Assembly (NCBI GenBank): GCA_000320545.1
Contig: ADNK01000510.1
Coordinates: 62,001 to 126,000, forward strand
From: Bigelowiella natans CCMP2755
Lineage: Eukaryota; Protista; Cercozoa
Direction: 5' to 3'
DNA: 64,000 nucleotides
Shown here in pieces: positions 26,081 through 36,834 of the stretch; the first letter of the stretch is position 1; the number at the start of each line of letters is the position of its first letter. Both the position numbers and the translations under genes were made by a program. The notes under the pieces were generated by a model. It did not search any database and was not told where the DNA came from. It saw only the letters and a program-made list of their open reading frames with translations.

Positions 26081-29000
26081 CTAGATAGACATAGTGATGT
26101 CACATGTGTACATGTATGTGAGACGGATGTAATGAAATGTTTGAATTTTTTCAATGGTCATCCCAATGTAGCTGTGCAATGCAGCGGCTACAGCGCTTGA
26201 ATTGCATCTGTTTGTTTCCTTGGTCACATGGCGCATGCATGTGAATGCATCATGTTTTGGTCTAGCATGTCGCGCTTTGCGCGCAGCTTCTCGACTTGTT
26301 TTTTCTGCGGTTGTGAGGCGCGTGGTCTCATCATTGCGATCCATGATCGCCGTCAGTTGTTTGTTGAATCTGAGTCTCTGTGGTCCGTGTTTCCTGCATT
26401 GCAGAATGTGGTCCATGTCTTGCAGTGTGTTGCATGTGTCGCATGTTGCTTCCAATTTTGTGCGTTGTCCTCTGGACAGCAGAAATGTTCCAATGTTGCC
26501 AACACCACAAATGGCGCGCATCCATGACGTGGCAATGCTTGGCAGCTTCAATGTGATTCCTGTTGTCCGAGAGCCAGGCATGAAGTCAAGTTTTTTCAAA
26601 TGCATGGCCTTGGTTCCCTCTTTGCTCAAGTTTGTTTTGAAGTTGGATGCCGCGTTCCGCATGATCGGTTTGTTGTGTGCATTCAATTTCCTTTTCAGTG
26701 TCTTGTCATCAGCACGTGTTGTGGGGTGTTCCGCTCCAAGCAATTTGGTCGTGATCAAACTGAGTCGTCGGTGCAAGGACACTCTGTTCCACGACCTAGT
26801 TGTGTTGTGCCATTTGTGTTCCAGCAAGGATTCAACGTGGTGTCCGAAAGAGCTCCAATTGAGCACTTCTTCTTCCACCACGTGTCCGTTGCCATCAACA
26901 TCCTCCACCCATGCATTGGTTCGCAACCATGTCTCAGCACATTGAACTTGTGTGCGATGACGCGGTGGCAACGTTGCCGCTAGTGCATGGGGTGTGTCGT
27001 TGGAAGTGGATCCTGGTGATCCCAGCACTCTTTTGAGTGTTTGTGATTCCATGGAATCTAGCTGCCTCGTTTTGAGGTTTTTTTTGGACCTCCATGTGGG
27101 TGCGACATGTCTGCTTGTGGCTGTGAACCACGTGTTGTGAAACTTCAATCTCACATTGAACGGCATGTGAGATCGTGTGGAGCACAGCCTGAGCAAGAAT
27201 CTTCTCTTTTTCTGCAGCTTCAGATGCATGGCAAGGGCGTGTTTTTCGAAAGTTGATCTTTCGTCAAACCACAAGCCCAAACATTTGCCACATTCTTTTC
27301 TTTTCATTTTTCCTTGCAGGTTGAGTGTCACGTTCCACAAGGCTTGTTTTTTGTGTGCATCCTTCCTCCTGTCCATGAGGAGGCATCCACTCTTTTCCCC
27401 ATTGAATCTCATTCGCCACTTCATGCACCAGGTTGTCACGTTTGTTGGATCTTTTTGCAGCCTGGTTTGCATTTCCCCCCAGCGGGATGGCGCAAGTGCT
27501 AGAGTGGTTCACATGGGGTGACATCGTCGCAATGTGTGTGATGGTCAGCAAATTTGATGTGCTCGCATGTGTCGCAGTGGGTGATGAACAAATGGCAGCT
27601 GAGGGAGGATCCTTCAGGTGCGCCGCTTTGCAGTTGCATGTGTTGTGACAGCATGCTGCCAAGTTCAAATCTGGCAGTGCGCTCCCTTGGCCAGTCATCG
27701 ATCCACAGAAGCAGGCATCCCCTTGCACCATGTTTTGCACTCAGTTTCCGCACCATTCCTGAATGCCAGGCCTCAGGGTGAGCTTTTGATGCGTCAGTGA
27801 ACAGCATGATGCCGACCAGTTTTTTGTCAAACGTGCCGTCTTCGATCCGCTGAGTCATTCTGGTCAGCGCTGTCTCGCATGATCTGTTCTTCATGAAAGC
27901 GCATTGATGTTTGCTCAGCTTCTCTGGTGGGACAGCTTCGCGCAGTCGAAGTTCAACCAATTTGTCTTCGACTTTCGAGGCAATTTGGAGAAGTGAAATT
28001 GTTCTGCCGTTGAGGGGAGTGTTCAATTCTTTCCCGGGTTTGGGGATCAAGCAGAAGACGGCAGCTTTTCGTGATTTGTGACGGGCACCCCATTGAAATG
28101 ACACATTGAAAACAAGAGCCCAGAGTTGATGCAGCTTGTTGCTTTTCTTCAACGTGTTTGGATGGATGCCATCGTCACCTGGGGATTCACATGGTGACAT
28201 TGCATGCAATGTTCTCTGGATTTCCTCGGGGGTGAATTTCCTGTCATGAGGTGAGGTGCCATGTTTGTTCTCCGAACTTCGGAAGTTGTGTCTCCACTGT
28301 TCGGTTTCTTGGTGAAACGTTCCATTTTTCCTGTCTGTGGGATGAGGTTTGTGCACGTCCTTCCACTTCGAGACACATGCTTGGCACTTTTCCGTTTCTG
28401 AAGTCTCACCGTCGAGGGTGCGATGTTTGTCCTTCCCTCTGGATTTTTGGAACAATTTGCATGAAAGTCCAGTGTGGTTTCCATCATTGCATTTCTCGAA
28501 GCGAGCAAGAAATTTTTGCCATGCTTCGCATCGAAGTGTTTCTGTGATGGATTCGAGTTCAAAGTTGACCTCTTTGATTTTTTGTTCCAATTTTTTCCTC
28601 TTGTCACGTTTCCTCTCGTGTCTGAGAGATCTGAAAAGTTCAACTTGTTGTGATTTGATTTTTTTGCAAGCTGGGTGGTTTTGGTGTGGCTTGATGGGGC
28701 GCTCCATTGTTGCTGTTTTTTCGGCGCACCAACACCAACACTGTGTGCTTTTTGAACTGAATTCCAGAACCATTGTTCAATGTTCTTTGATTCCGCCTCC
28801 GATGCAACGCGAAGTGTTCGTTGTCTCAAAGGGCCTGTGACCGAATCCAGGTGTTTGTCAAATGGGTCCACATTGAATTTGTCCACGTCACAAATCATTG
28901 ATTTGGTTTCCATTGGGTTGGGCACAGCTTTTCCAAAGTGCATGCCGAAGTGGTCGCTTGTTGCAGTGGCAGTCATTTGATGTTCAATTTCTTGGATCAT

Positions 29001-29612
29001 GTTTGACGAGCAAAGGACATGCTAGCATGATCGATCGTGCTCGCATGTCCTTTCCGAAAATGGGTCACTTCGCCAGGGTTGAGCATCACGATGTCGTTGT
29101 CTGCGAGCCACTGGTGCAATGGTTTGCCCCGCCTGTCTTCTTGGTGACGGACATCAAAAGCAGAATGTTCAGCATTGGTGTCACCAACAATGATGCAATG
29201 TTTCCACTTTTGTTTCTTTGTGGTGTCCGTGATGAAGCCAAGCCTTTCCTCAAGATGGCACACATCGTGAGGTTGCAAGTGCACCATTGTCATTGCATGT
29301 TTTTCTGTGCGATGTGAGAAGAAACTCATGTCGTGTTTGTTGTCATCTGTGGTCACATGCTGGCATGCACAATGTCTGTGTTTTTCTAGCGTAGGCCGAA
29401 GCGCTCCCAGAAGGGCCATCAGTGCGAATGATCTCGCATCCAGGTGGCGGATGCAATTTTTCATCATTTTTCAATCTGCCCTCTGCAAACCAAGCAAGTT
29501 CTGTGTTGTTTGCAGTTGTTGTTTCTTTGATCATGTTGCATCTCCGGTTGATTCTTTGTCTCCCTTGTTTCTCGGTCCCATTTTTGCTCCGTGTGTTTTG
29601 GAAGTAGAACAT
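26081..29612 (-). mobile_element. Decayed non-LTR retrotransposon (LINE) ORF2: APE endonuclease, reverse transcriptase and C-terminal Cys/His knuckle; frameshifted and TpA-hypermutated
   Basis: APE: IIVGDTNAEH, STIDH, TSDHF. RT: PGDDGI, LIPKPGK, RTISLL, HQCAFMKNRSCETAL, FTDASKAH, GAPEGSSLS, HCDD, KCLGLWFD. Knuckle: CDTC..DHILQC. The ORF is split over at least 4 frames. Confidence 0.92.
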
Positions 29613-29864
29613 GTGTGTCCATGTACGTGATCAACCGGCTACATCTAGATGCGCACCTAGATGTGTCTAAATGTGCATGAAATGCGCGGTTGGCCAGTCT
29701 AGCAATGCGCAGCGCAAGGATGCCATGTAGATCGACTAGCATGCTAGCTGTGCACATGGAGAGACATGGAACCAGCTGCTATGCATGTTAACATGATAAC
29801 AATAATGGTAATAGCGTTTTGTCCACAACAATGTGTGTGCTACATGGCATGGTTCGTATACTAG

Positions 29865-30025
29865 CATGTGTGAGATGGGTATCGCTAGCTCGGATGTCAT
29901 GAACGAATCATGAAATAATTACATCATTCCATCGTTTCAATGCAATGATAGTCACCCGCAATGTAGCACTAGATCTGTGTACAGCTGCGGCTACAGCGCT
30001 TAGATTGTGTTGATTTTGTTTCCGC
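29865..30025 (-). mobile_element. Second, degraded 3'-end fragment of the same LINE family
   Basis: caatgtagc..gcggctacagcgctt..attg..tttgtttcc matches 26164-26219, and catgtgtgagatgg resembles 26111-26126. Confidence 0.6.
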
Positions 30026-30080
30026 AATTATGTGTTTCTCGCAAAAGCATGTGTACTGTTTCGCATGCCAGCGTATACTA

Positions 30081-30116
<36 letters not shown>

Positions 30117-30389
30117 CACATAAACTGTGTCTATAGAATGTAAAATGTGTGTAAAGATGCGATGTTACACTCGCTTGTGAGGCCTAGATGAATAGTGTTC
30201 TAATGGTAGCTGACGATTCAACTAGGTGCCAGCAGTTATCATTTAAAATTGCTAAACATGTAAGATCGAGTCGTGCTGAGAAATTATGCTAGCACAGCAC
30301 GTGAATGCGTCTGCTTCTGTTTTTCAAATTCTAATATCTTTGCTACTGTTGGCCATCGATGGCTGCAATAATGAAAAGCCTTCTTCTAA

Positions 30390-31824
30390 ATGGTTATCGG
30401 ACCACTGCTTCTACTTGTCCCCAAGCAGAACTTTCTTCGATCCCAGATGCATAAAATGAGAGGCTGAATAGCGACTTTTCTTCATGTGACATTCCCACAT
30501 TGTTTGTCAGTGCGATATACGCGGGTAAATATAAATCTAGACAGTGTCGCCAGCCTCCACTTTGGAATCTTCTTGACTGGAGTAATATCTGTTCTTTGCG
30601 GTTCGGATCTGTATATTAGTTACATAATTGGATTTTGTCAAGAGGACATATCTGCTGAACAACGTTAAATGGGTGATCCGTACATCCTGTAACGCTTCAA
30701 GCAACTTGTCGAAGAATTGATCATACTCTAGTTCTTTTTTGTTCCTATCTTTGTATCCAGCACATGCCTTCACCCAGCCTGCAATCGTGACCTGAATAAA
30801 AAGCTATCGTCAGCTCAACCGAATTTGCATTAGAAGGTTCTTCAAAACCTCTCCATTCATCCTGTATTTCTTGAAAAAATTTTTCATCGTGTCCTGTTCA
30901 TCTTCGGTTCCTCCAAACTTGGATATAATATCATTGGTCTGTGGAAATAATGGATGATAAGTAGAGTGAAGAATGAATTCATTGGATGCACTTACGTCAA
31001 ACATCCCTTCCTCCTTGATATCCAACATCCTGAAAATTTCTGCCATCTGCACAAAATCTTCGTAAGATGATGCGAAAAGATGATGGCATCGAAATGCATC
31101 CAGGGTCGTTCTATGCAGTCAAACACCTACCACTGGCTTCTCATCGTCAGCAAACTTTGGTCTGTCTCCAATGTGGAAAGTGCCCCCGGCCGAGTCCTAC
31201 CAAAAAATAACAAACGCGGGTATTGTCGACCATGACGATTGAGTGTATTTAGACATGTCCAAGCTGAGGCCATACATACATTCCGATCGAAATATACTAC
31301 CTGTACTTTTCTTGATGTGACACCTATGTACGTGTCAAATTGACCCTTTTTCTCGTGTTTAATTTCTTCCATAGCATCTCCAAAAGCTTCCATGTCGAGC
31401 AGATGTCCCACCACCCTTGTGCTCTCCTGAAACCAGGTATTTCATCAGGGCATCTATATTGGCTTTCCTTTAGAAACAACTCACCAGCAGCTCAACGAGT
31501 TCATCCAAATCCCCTTTGAGATCTTTCGATTTCTTGCGATAAGTTTCAAGGACAATTCGTTTATCCAGCATTCTGCAAGTAATCAGACAGCTCAGTTTCT
31601 CAATTTTCCAAACAAAATTCAATCCGTGCTTTCCTATCAAAGCGAAACATCACAACAACAGAACATTTGCAGCACTGGAATTGATACCCTCCTCCTTCTT
31701 GGTCCATTGTGTCAAATATCTTGCAAATCAGCCGTTGCTGGCCGGATGTGAAGGATTCGTTTTGATAAGGTTGGAATTTCCTGGACTGCATGCATAGAGT
31801 GGGCCGGCCTTGCATGCACCCCAT
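30390..31824 (-). CDS. Putative N-acylated EF-hand-like protein, multi-exon
   Basis: N-terminal MGC (myristoylation/palmitoylation-type), KIFDTMDQEGG and EIFRMLDIKE EF-hand-like loops. The 3' end is approximate. Confidence 0.55.
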
Positions 31825-32540
31825 GATTTACTTAATCTTGATGGAAGCCAAAAAGTGTTTACACAGACAGCGACTACGAAGGAAAAGAGCCCAGATATTA
31901 TTCCCTATATTTTTCATCTACGACATCATTTCTAGGTTGTCGATTTTATGAAATATAGGCCAACTGTGGTGTCTGTAAATGCTTCAGCACTGGCCCGGCT
32001 CCTCAGATCAAAAAGGAACAATTTGTCATACTACATATATGGAGGAGTAACCTGAATATTCTCTGCGTCAATCATAGATACAAATTTTAGGTCACATGAG
32101 GAGCCTGCGAGCGTAGTTCCCGCAGATCCATGAACGAGTTGGTCTGTTTTAGGAACAGCTTTTCGCCAAAACTTTCATCGTTAAGGCAGAAATTGCGTCG
32201 CATAGAGAAAAAGCAGTCTAAAAGTACTGGAAGACATAGTGCTGCAGCGGCGCACCAATCCCGTACATATCTACTCTTTTCCCCGGTAGTCGTCGGACCA
32301 AAAATCGGCTTTGTTGGATATTATTATCGACATCAACTGTGATACGTACGGCATTTGTTGATGGATAATGTGGATGATAACAACGATGATGATGATGATA
32401 ACGATGATAATGATGTCTGACACTAAGTCGCGAACAGCAAACCCACTTATTCACCGTTGTTTTCTCGATGGGAACGATTCATATTTTGTCTCGTAGTCCC
32501 AACGTTCTGTTACCTCCAATACTCATTTAAGTGAAACCCG

Positions 32541-33418
32541 ATGTTGCTGCAGCGGATGTGGGCGATTGCGCCACAAAGGGCAACCCGAAGGCGATTGGAC
32601 ATCCTTCCTCGCTTAAGCGCATGCTTCTCTACCTTACCAAAACAAAGAAAGAAGACCTGGGACGCGAAGAGTTGCCTGAGTGACCATAAGGCAGTGTTCC
32701 TAAGTTTACCTTCGATTCTTGGAGCATATGTCGGACCAAACGCTATCGATGCGAAGCTCAATGAAAGCATTATGGTCACCGTGAATAGTGCCAACAACTG
32801 CCCGTATTGCGAGGGCCTCCATGGCCAGCTAGCTCGCATGGCAGGAGTCGAATCTCCAGAGAAATTACAGAGCGCCTGCTCAGCAGAGGAGGCGCGAAAT
32901 ATCGTCGATGAACCTGCTGTTACGTATGCTCGTGTGTTCGCCGAGAGTAATGGGAGGGGAACGGCAGTAGGCCCTGCGTATGATGACATCATCACTCATT
33001 ATGGAGAGGTCAAATAAAAAATCCAAAATCAAAATTAACTTCAAGTGTAAATGATGTAGTAATGAGTTTCACCCCACTTCCCTGATGCGATATATGTGTA
33101 TAGGGGAAAGCCAATTCGATTCGTGCATTGTGCTGGTTTCTACAATGGGGAAGCATCGGCGGCAACACGCTAAATTCCATTCTATTTGAAAGAGGGGCAA
33201 ATCCACCCGATGCAAACCGGAACAACACCTTATTCGACATGTATTTCGTGGTATATTATGGGCCACTTTTTGGGGTGATTGCGGTAATGAATCAGGGCCT
33301 GAAAGTGATGCCAAAGGTACCTGCCCCCGTGTCTGCGAGCATTGGAGTTGTCCTCACGTTTGTTGGCGGCAGTTTCATAGTCCCGCTAGGTTTACTTGGC
33401 ATGCTAGCAGCTCCGTAG
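32541..33418 (+). CDS. AhpD/carboxymuconolactone decarboxylase-like protein with C-terminal hydrophobic helices; 2 exons (32541-33008, 33104-33418)
   Basis: ESIMVTVNSANNCPYCEGLH (AhpD CxxCxxxH motif); phase-0 intron 33009-33103; Arg-rich presequence-like N-terminus. Confidence 0.8.
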
Positions 33419-33555
33419 GGCTCTTACATAACATGAAAATATATATTAAAACAATGAGTCAAGCTGGTTGACAGGCTGCGACTCACATCACGTGTTGCTT
33501 TAACGTGTATTACGTTGTTGCATCTAGATATGTGCAGCTTAGCGTGTCGCTCCTG

Positions 33556-33603
33556 ATGTAAGACGGATTAATGAATCAATTTAAATTAGTTCAATGGTCA
33601 TCC
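33556..33603 (-). mobile_element. Tiny 3'-end remnant of the same LINE family
   Basis: tgtaagacggattaatgaa..tttaaatt..ttcaatggtcatcc aligns with 26117-26163 (tgtgagacggatgtaatgaa..tttgaatt..ttcaatggtcatcc). Confidence 0.6.
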
Positions 33604-33612
33604 TCCTGATAT

Positions 33613-34332
33613 ACATACTCACTAGCTTTTACGGAGCACTGATCATCGACCTTCATGATTTTCAAATCCATTACTAGCATAGTATGCGATACGTGATCGC
33701 GATCTAGCGATGTCCGACTAGCCTCTGCGATGTGATGCATTCATGTTTGTCATCGTCTAGCTAGATTCGACGACACGTTTGTACATCACATATAGCATGA
33801 TGATGTCTGCTCAATGTTCCTGTCACTTTGTATTTATTTGGAATTGTGCAACTAGCAAGGAGGTGCATGTTTGCGACCTTAACTAGTTAAATATAACAAA
33901 TAACACCGCTGCGTTAGCGAAGGTTGAAATGCATCGTGTGTGCGCTATAACAATGCAATTTGCCATGCAGTCGTCTCATCTTGGCATGATGTATGCGTGA
34001 CTAGACACAGATCTAGAGATGTAGTAAAGATGAATGCGAACTCTACATGTACTTGTGCACAACTCCATGTAGTCATACTTGGGCTAGTCGCTCGCTACGT
34101 AGTGCTGTGCTGATGTGGTGTGCACACAGTGTAACTCATTGTGTCGCAATGAAATGCTATGACAACACGTTCGTGGCCCTGTTCATAGCGTAGCGATGCA
34201 GGCTGCTACTTACATCGCAGTGTCTACGTTGTGTACGTATATGCACATCGCATGGCAAACATACTTACTAGCTTTTACGGAGCACTGATCATCGACCTTC
34301 ATGATTTTCAAATCCATTACTAGCATAGTATG
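33613..34332. repeat. 74-bp direct repeat (33613-33686 and 34259-34332) flanking a 572-bp altered insert
   Basis: The copies are identical except at 33620 (C) versus 34266 (T). Confidence 0.92.
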
Positions 34333-34380
34333 GAAGAAATATATTTACAGTGAATAAATCTTCCAGTTCATTTAACTTCG

Positions 34381-35181
34381 TCAAATTTGCGACAATGCAC
34401 CCGATATCGCAGTTGTCAATATTGAGAATGCACTTAGAAGTAGCGCAAAAGTGATGTTGATACCGAATACTTTAAGATACACTCCCTCATCGCTATTCCG
34501 TATGCGCTCGATACTGGAGTCAATTAGCATGACTGATCGCGCGACCGTAAATTCAGAGTTGACGACCTCCTGAAGCCTTGGCATTATCTCCTGGACCTTA
34601 CGTGTATTCCATCCACTGCTGCCAGACGGAAGTAATTTTGCGTTGTTGCTTTCCTTAGCGTCGCTGCTACTATTATGCGAGACCTCATCGTCGAAATTGT
34701 CATCATTCTCGTTGTCAAGGGTAGAGACATCGGTGGAGCTATGGCCACTATTCCAATGGTATCCGGCGGTCAGATCTTCAAGTGACTTAGAGCGCTCAAA
34801 CTTTTGCTTTGTGAGGGTTGCAATAACCTCCTCGTTAAGAACTAAGTTTATGTATGCAGCGATCCCAAGTATAGCCAGAGTGTAAAAGGTGAGAATGAAC
34901 AACAGAACGAGCCCCACCAAATTAAACGTATCAATGAACTCGCTGCTCCCAACAGCATTGATGAAGATAGTGATTGCGATCAAGAATGTCAGCGCGACAA
35001 GGGGTCCCAAGATAACCTCCATAGGAAAGATTTTGGTTAACTCAGATAAGATCTTTCGATGAGCTGTCCTGCGAAAACGAAGCCACTCGAGCGTACGTTC
35101 GGGGGTATCAGCGGGAAAGAGAAACCTAATATGACATAGGGAGAAGAGCAAAAGAAAAGGAAACAAACCAATACACCACCA

Positions 35182-35212
<31 letters not shown>

Positions 35213-35221
35213 CACACACAC

Positions 35222-35254
<33 letters not shown>

Positions 35255-36738
35255 AAGAGAGAGAGCAGAATTAATAAAATGGGAAATTTTATATGTTTTA
35301 GGAAATAAAATTAATGTTGTGGCTGTTGGATTTTGCCAAGACTCTCTCCCCTCTCCTCCTTTCTTCTTCTTCTTCTTCTTCTTCTTCTTCTTCTTCTTCT
35401 TCATTTCCTCTCTTCCATACGAGAGGCCAAATCGGAGGCTGCCTTTAGGGTTAGTCATCTCCAGAAACGCAGAGAATTGCCACAGGGCTAGAACCGCCCG
35501 CTTGATCCACTTGTTAAGGCAGTACATGAGGAGTGAGCTGATCGGAATCGTGACCACGGGGTAAAGCAGGTATATAATCAGCCCGAAGAGTGATGTGTCG
35601 CCGGTTGAAGGGTCGCCATTGAGGGAACGCACAACAGTGGGCAAGGTGCCAATGAGCAAACCCCCAATAAGGGACAAAATCACCGAGAGCCAGTTGGCCT
35701 TTGCACAGCAGGTGCGTGAAACACAGTCGTTCTCCGCCACCACCTTGTAGAAGCTATTTGTAGTCTCGAGCTGAAAGGAAGTTAGGATCGTTCCGCCGCC
35801 AATATCCTCTTCCCCATCCGCGAGCAGCAGCGACTCCGAGTCTCGGTCGATGTGACGAACCCGCGAGATGTGCATTTTCTGGAACAACTGTACCGTGAAC
35901 TTGAGATTTTCTGGTTGAAAGTCCTCGCCCTAGACGCAAATGCATGTTCGTATCAATAATGTGGGGGTTTTAAATAAACATTGAAGATGTACAATAGAAA
36001 AACGACGATGAAACGTTCGTTTTGCAAGGGAACTTCTACATCTTACGCCATTCATCTACCTCATACGGATCGCTAAAAACCGTCGCTCCATTAGAATCCA
36101 TGAAGAAGGCTGTGTACACAAGGATGAAGGGGCCAAACGCCTCTATAGTTGTGATATCCGAATCGTCTTCAAGCCGGAAAAAGGCCACCACGGAGAACAC
36201 GCTCGCACACGCTAGGAAAAATGATATTATTGATAGAGCTATCTGAAGACACGTCTTTCTGCAGTCAACGCTTTCGTCGCGGTCCTCATCGTTGGAATTC
36301 TGTATTGCGATCAATTACGATTACATATGTGGGGGGCCTTAAGCTAGAAAGAACTGCCAACTCCTACCCTCCCCTCAAATAGAAAAGGAATCCTTTTTTG
36401 GAACTTTGAGATTATTTCCGAGCTGCTACTGCTTTTTCTAAAACTCATACTATTACTACTACAAAACGTAGGAAAATACCTCTTCCTTCGAACAGCGAAT
36501 GAGCGGTAGGAAAGGGATGGTGAAGATGGAGAAGAGGATCAAGAGTCCAAGGAACAGGTTCTGTGCAGGATGTGCCGGAGGCTTGACATACGCAGGGGAC
36601 TGGCGATCGCTCAGAATCGAAAGACGATGATCCAGTTGTCGGGAGAGTTTCTTCAGCATCCATGTCAGGCATGCATCCCTAGCCTCCGACCTGAAGATAT
36701 TTATGTACGTTGGACACTCGTCTGTTCTCTTTTTAATT

Positions 36739-36780
<42 letters not shown>

Positions 36781-36791
36781 ATGTGTGTGTA

Positions 36792-36834
<43 letters not shown>

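Noticed and set aside
26081-29612. Alternative genetic code or genuine Tyr-free protein as the explanation for the LINE sequence
   Set aside because: TpA is missing at all codon positions and on both strands, the ORF is frameshifted, and neighbouring genes use Tyr and TAA/TAG normally.
26081-29612. Classical RIP or CpG-methylation decay
   Set aside because: RIP would enrich TpA and deplete CpA/TpG, and CpG decay would deplete CG. The opposite pattern is seen, and CG is retained.
26202-29630. Long plus-strand ORFs antisense to the LINE
   Set aside because: They are by-products of stop-codon loss and contain no recognisable motifs.
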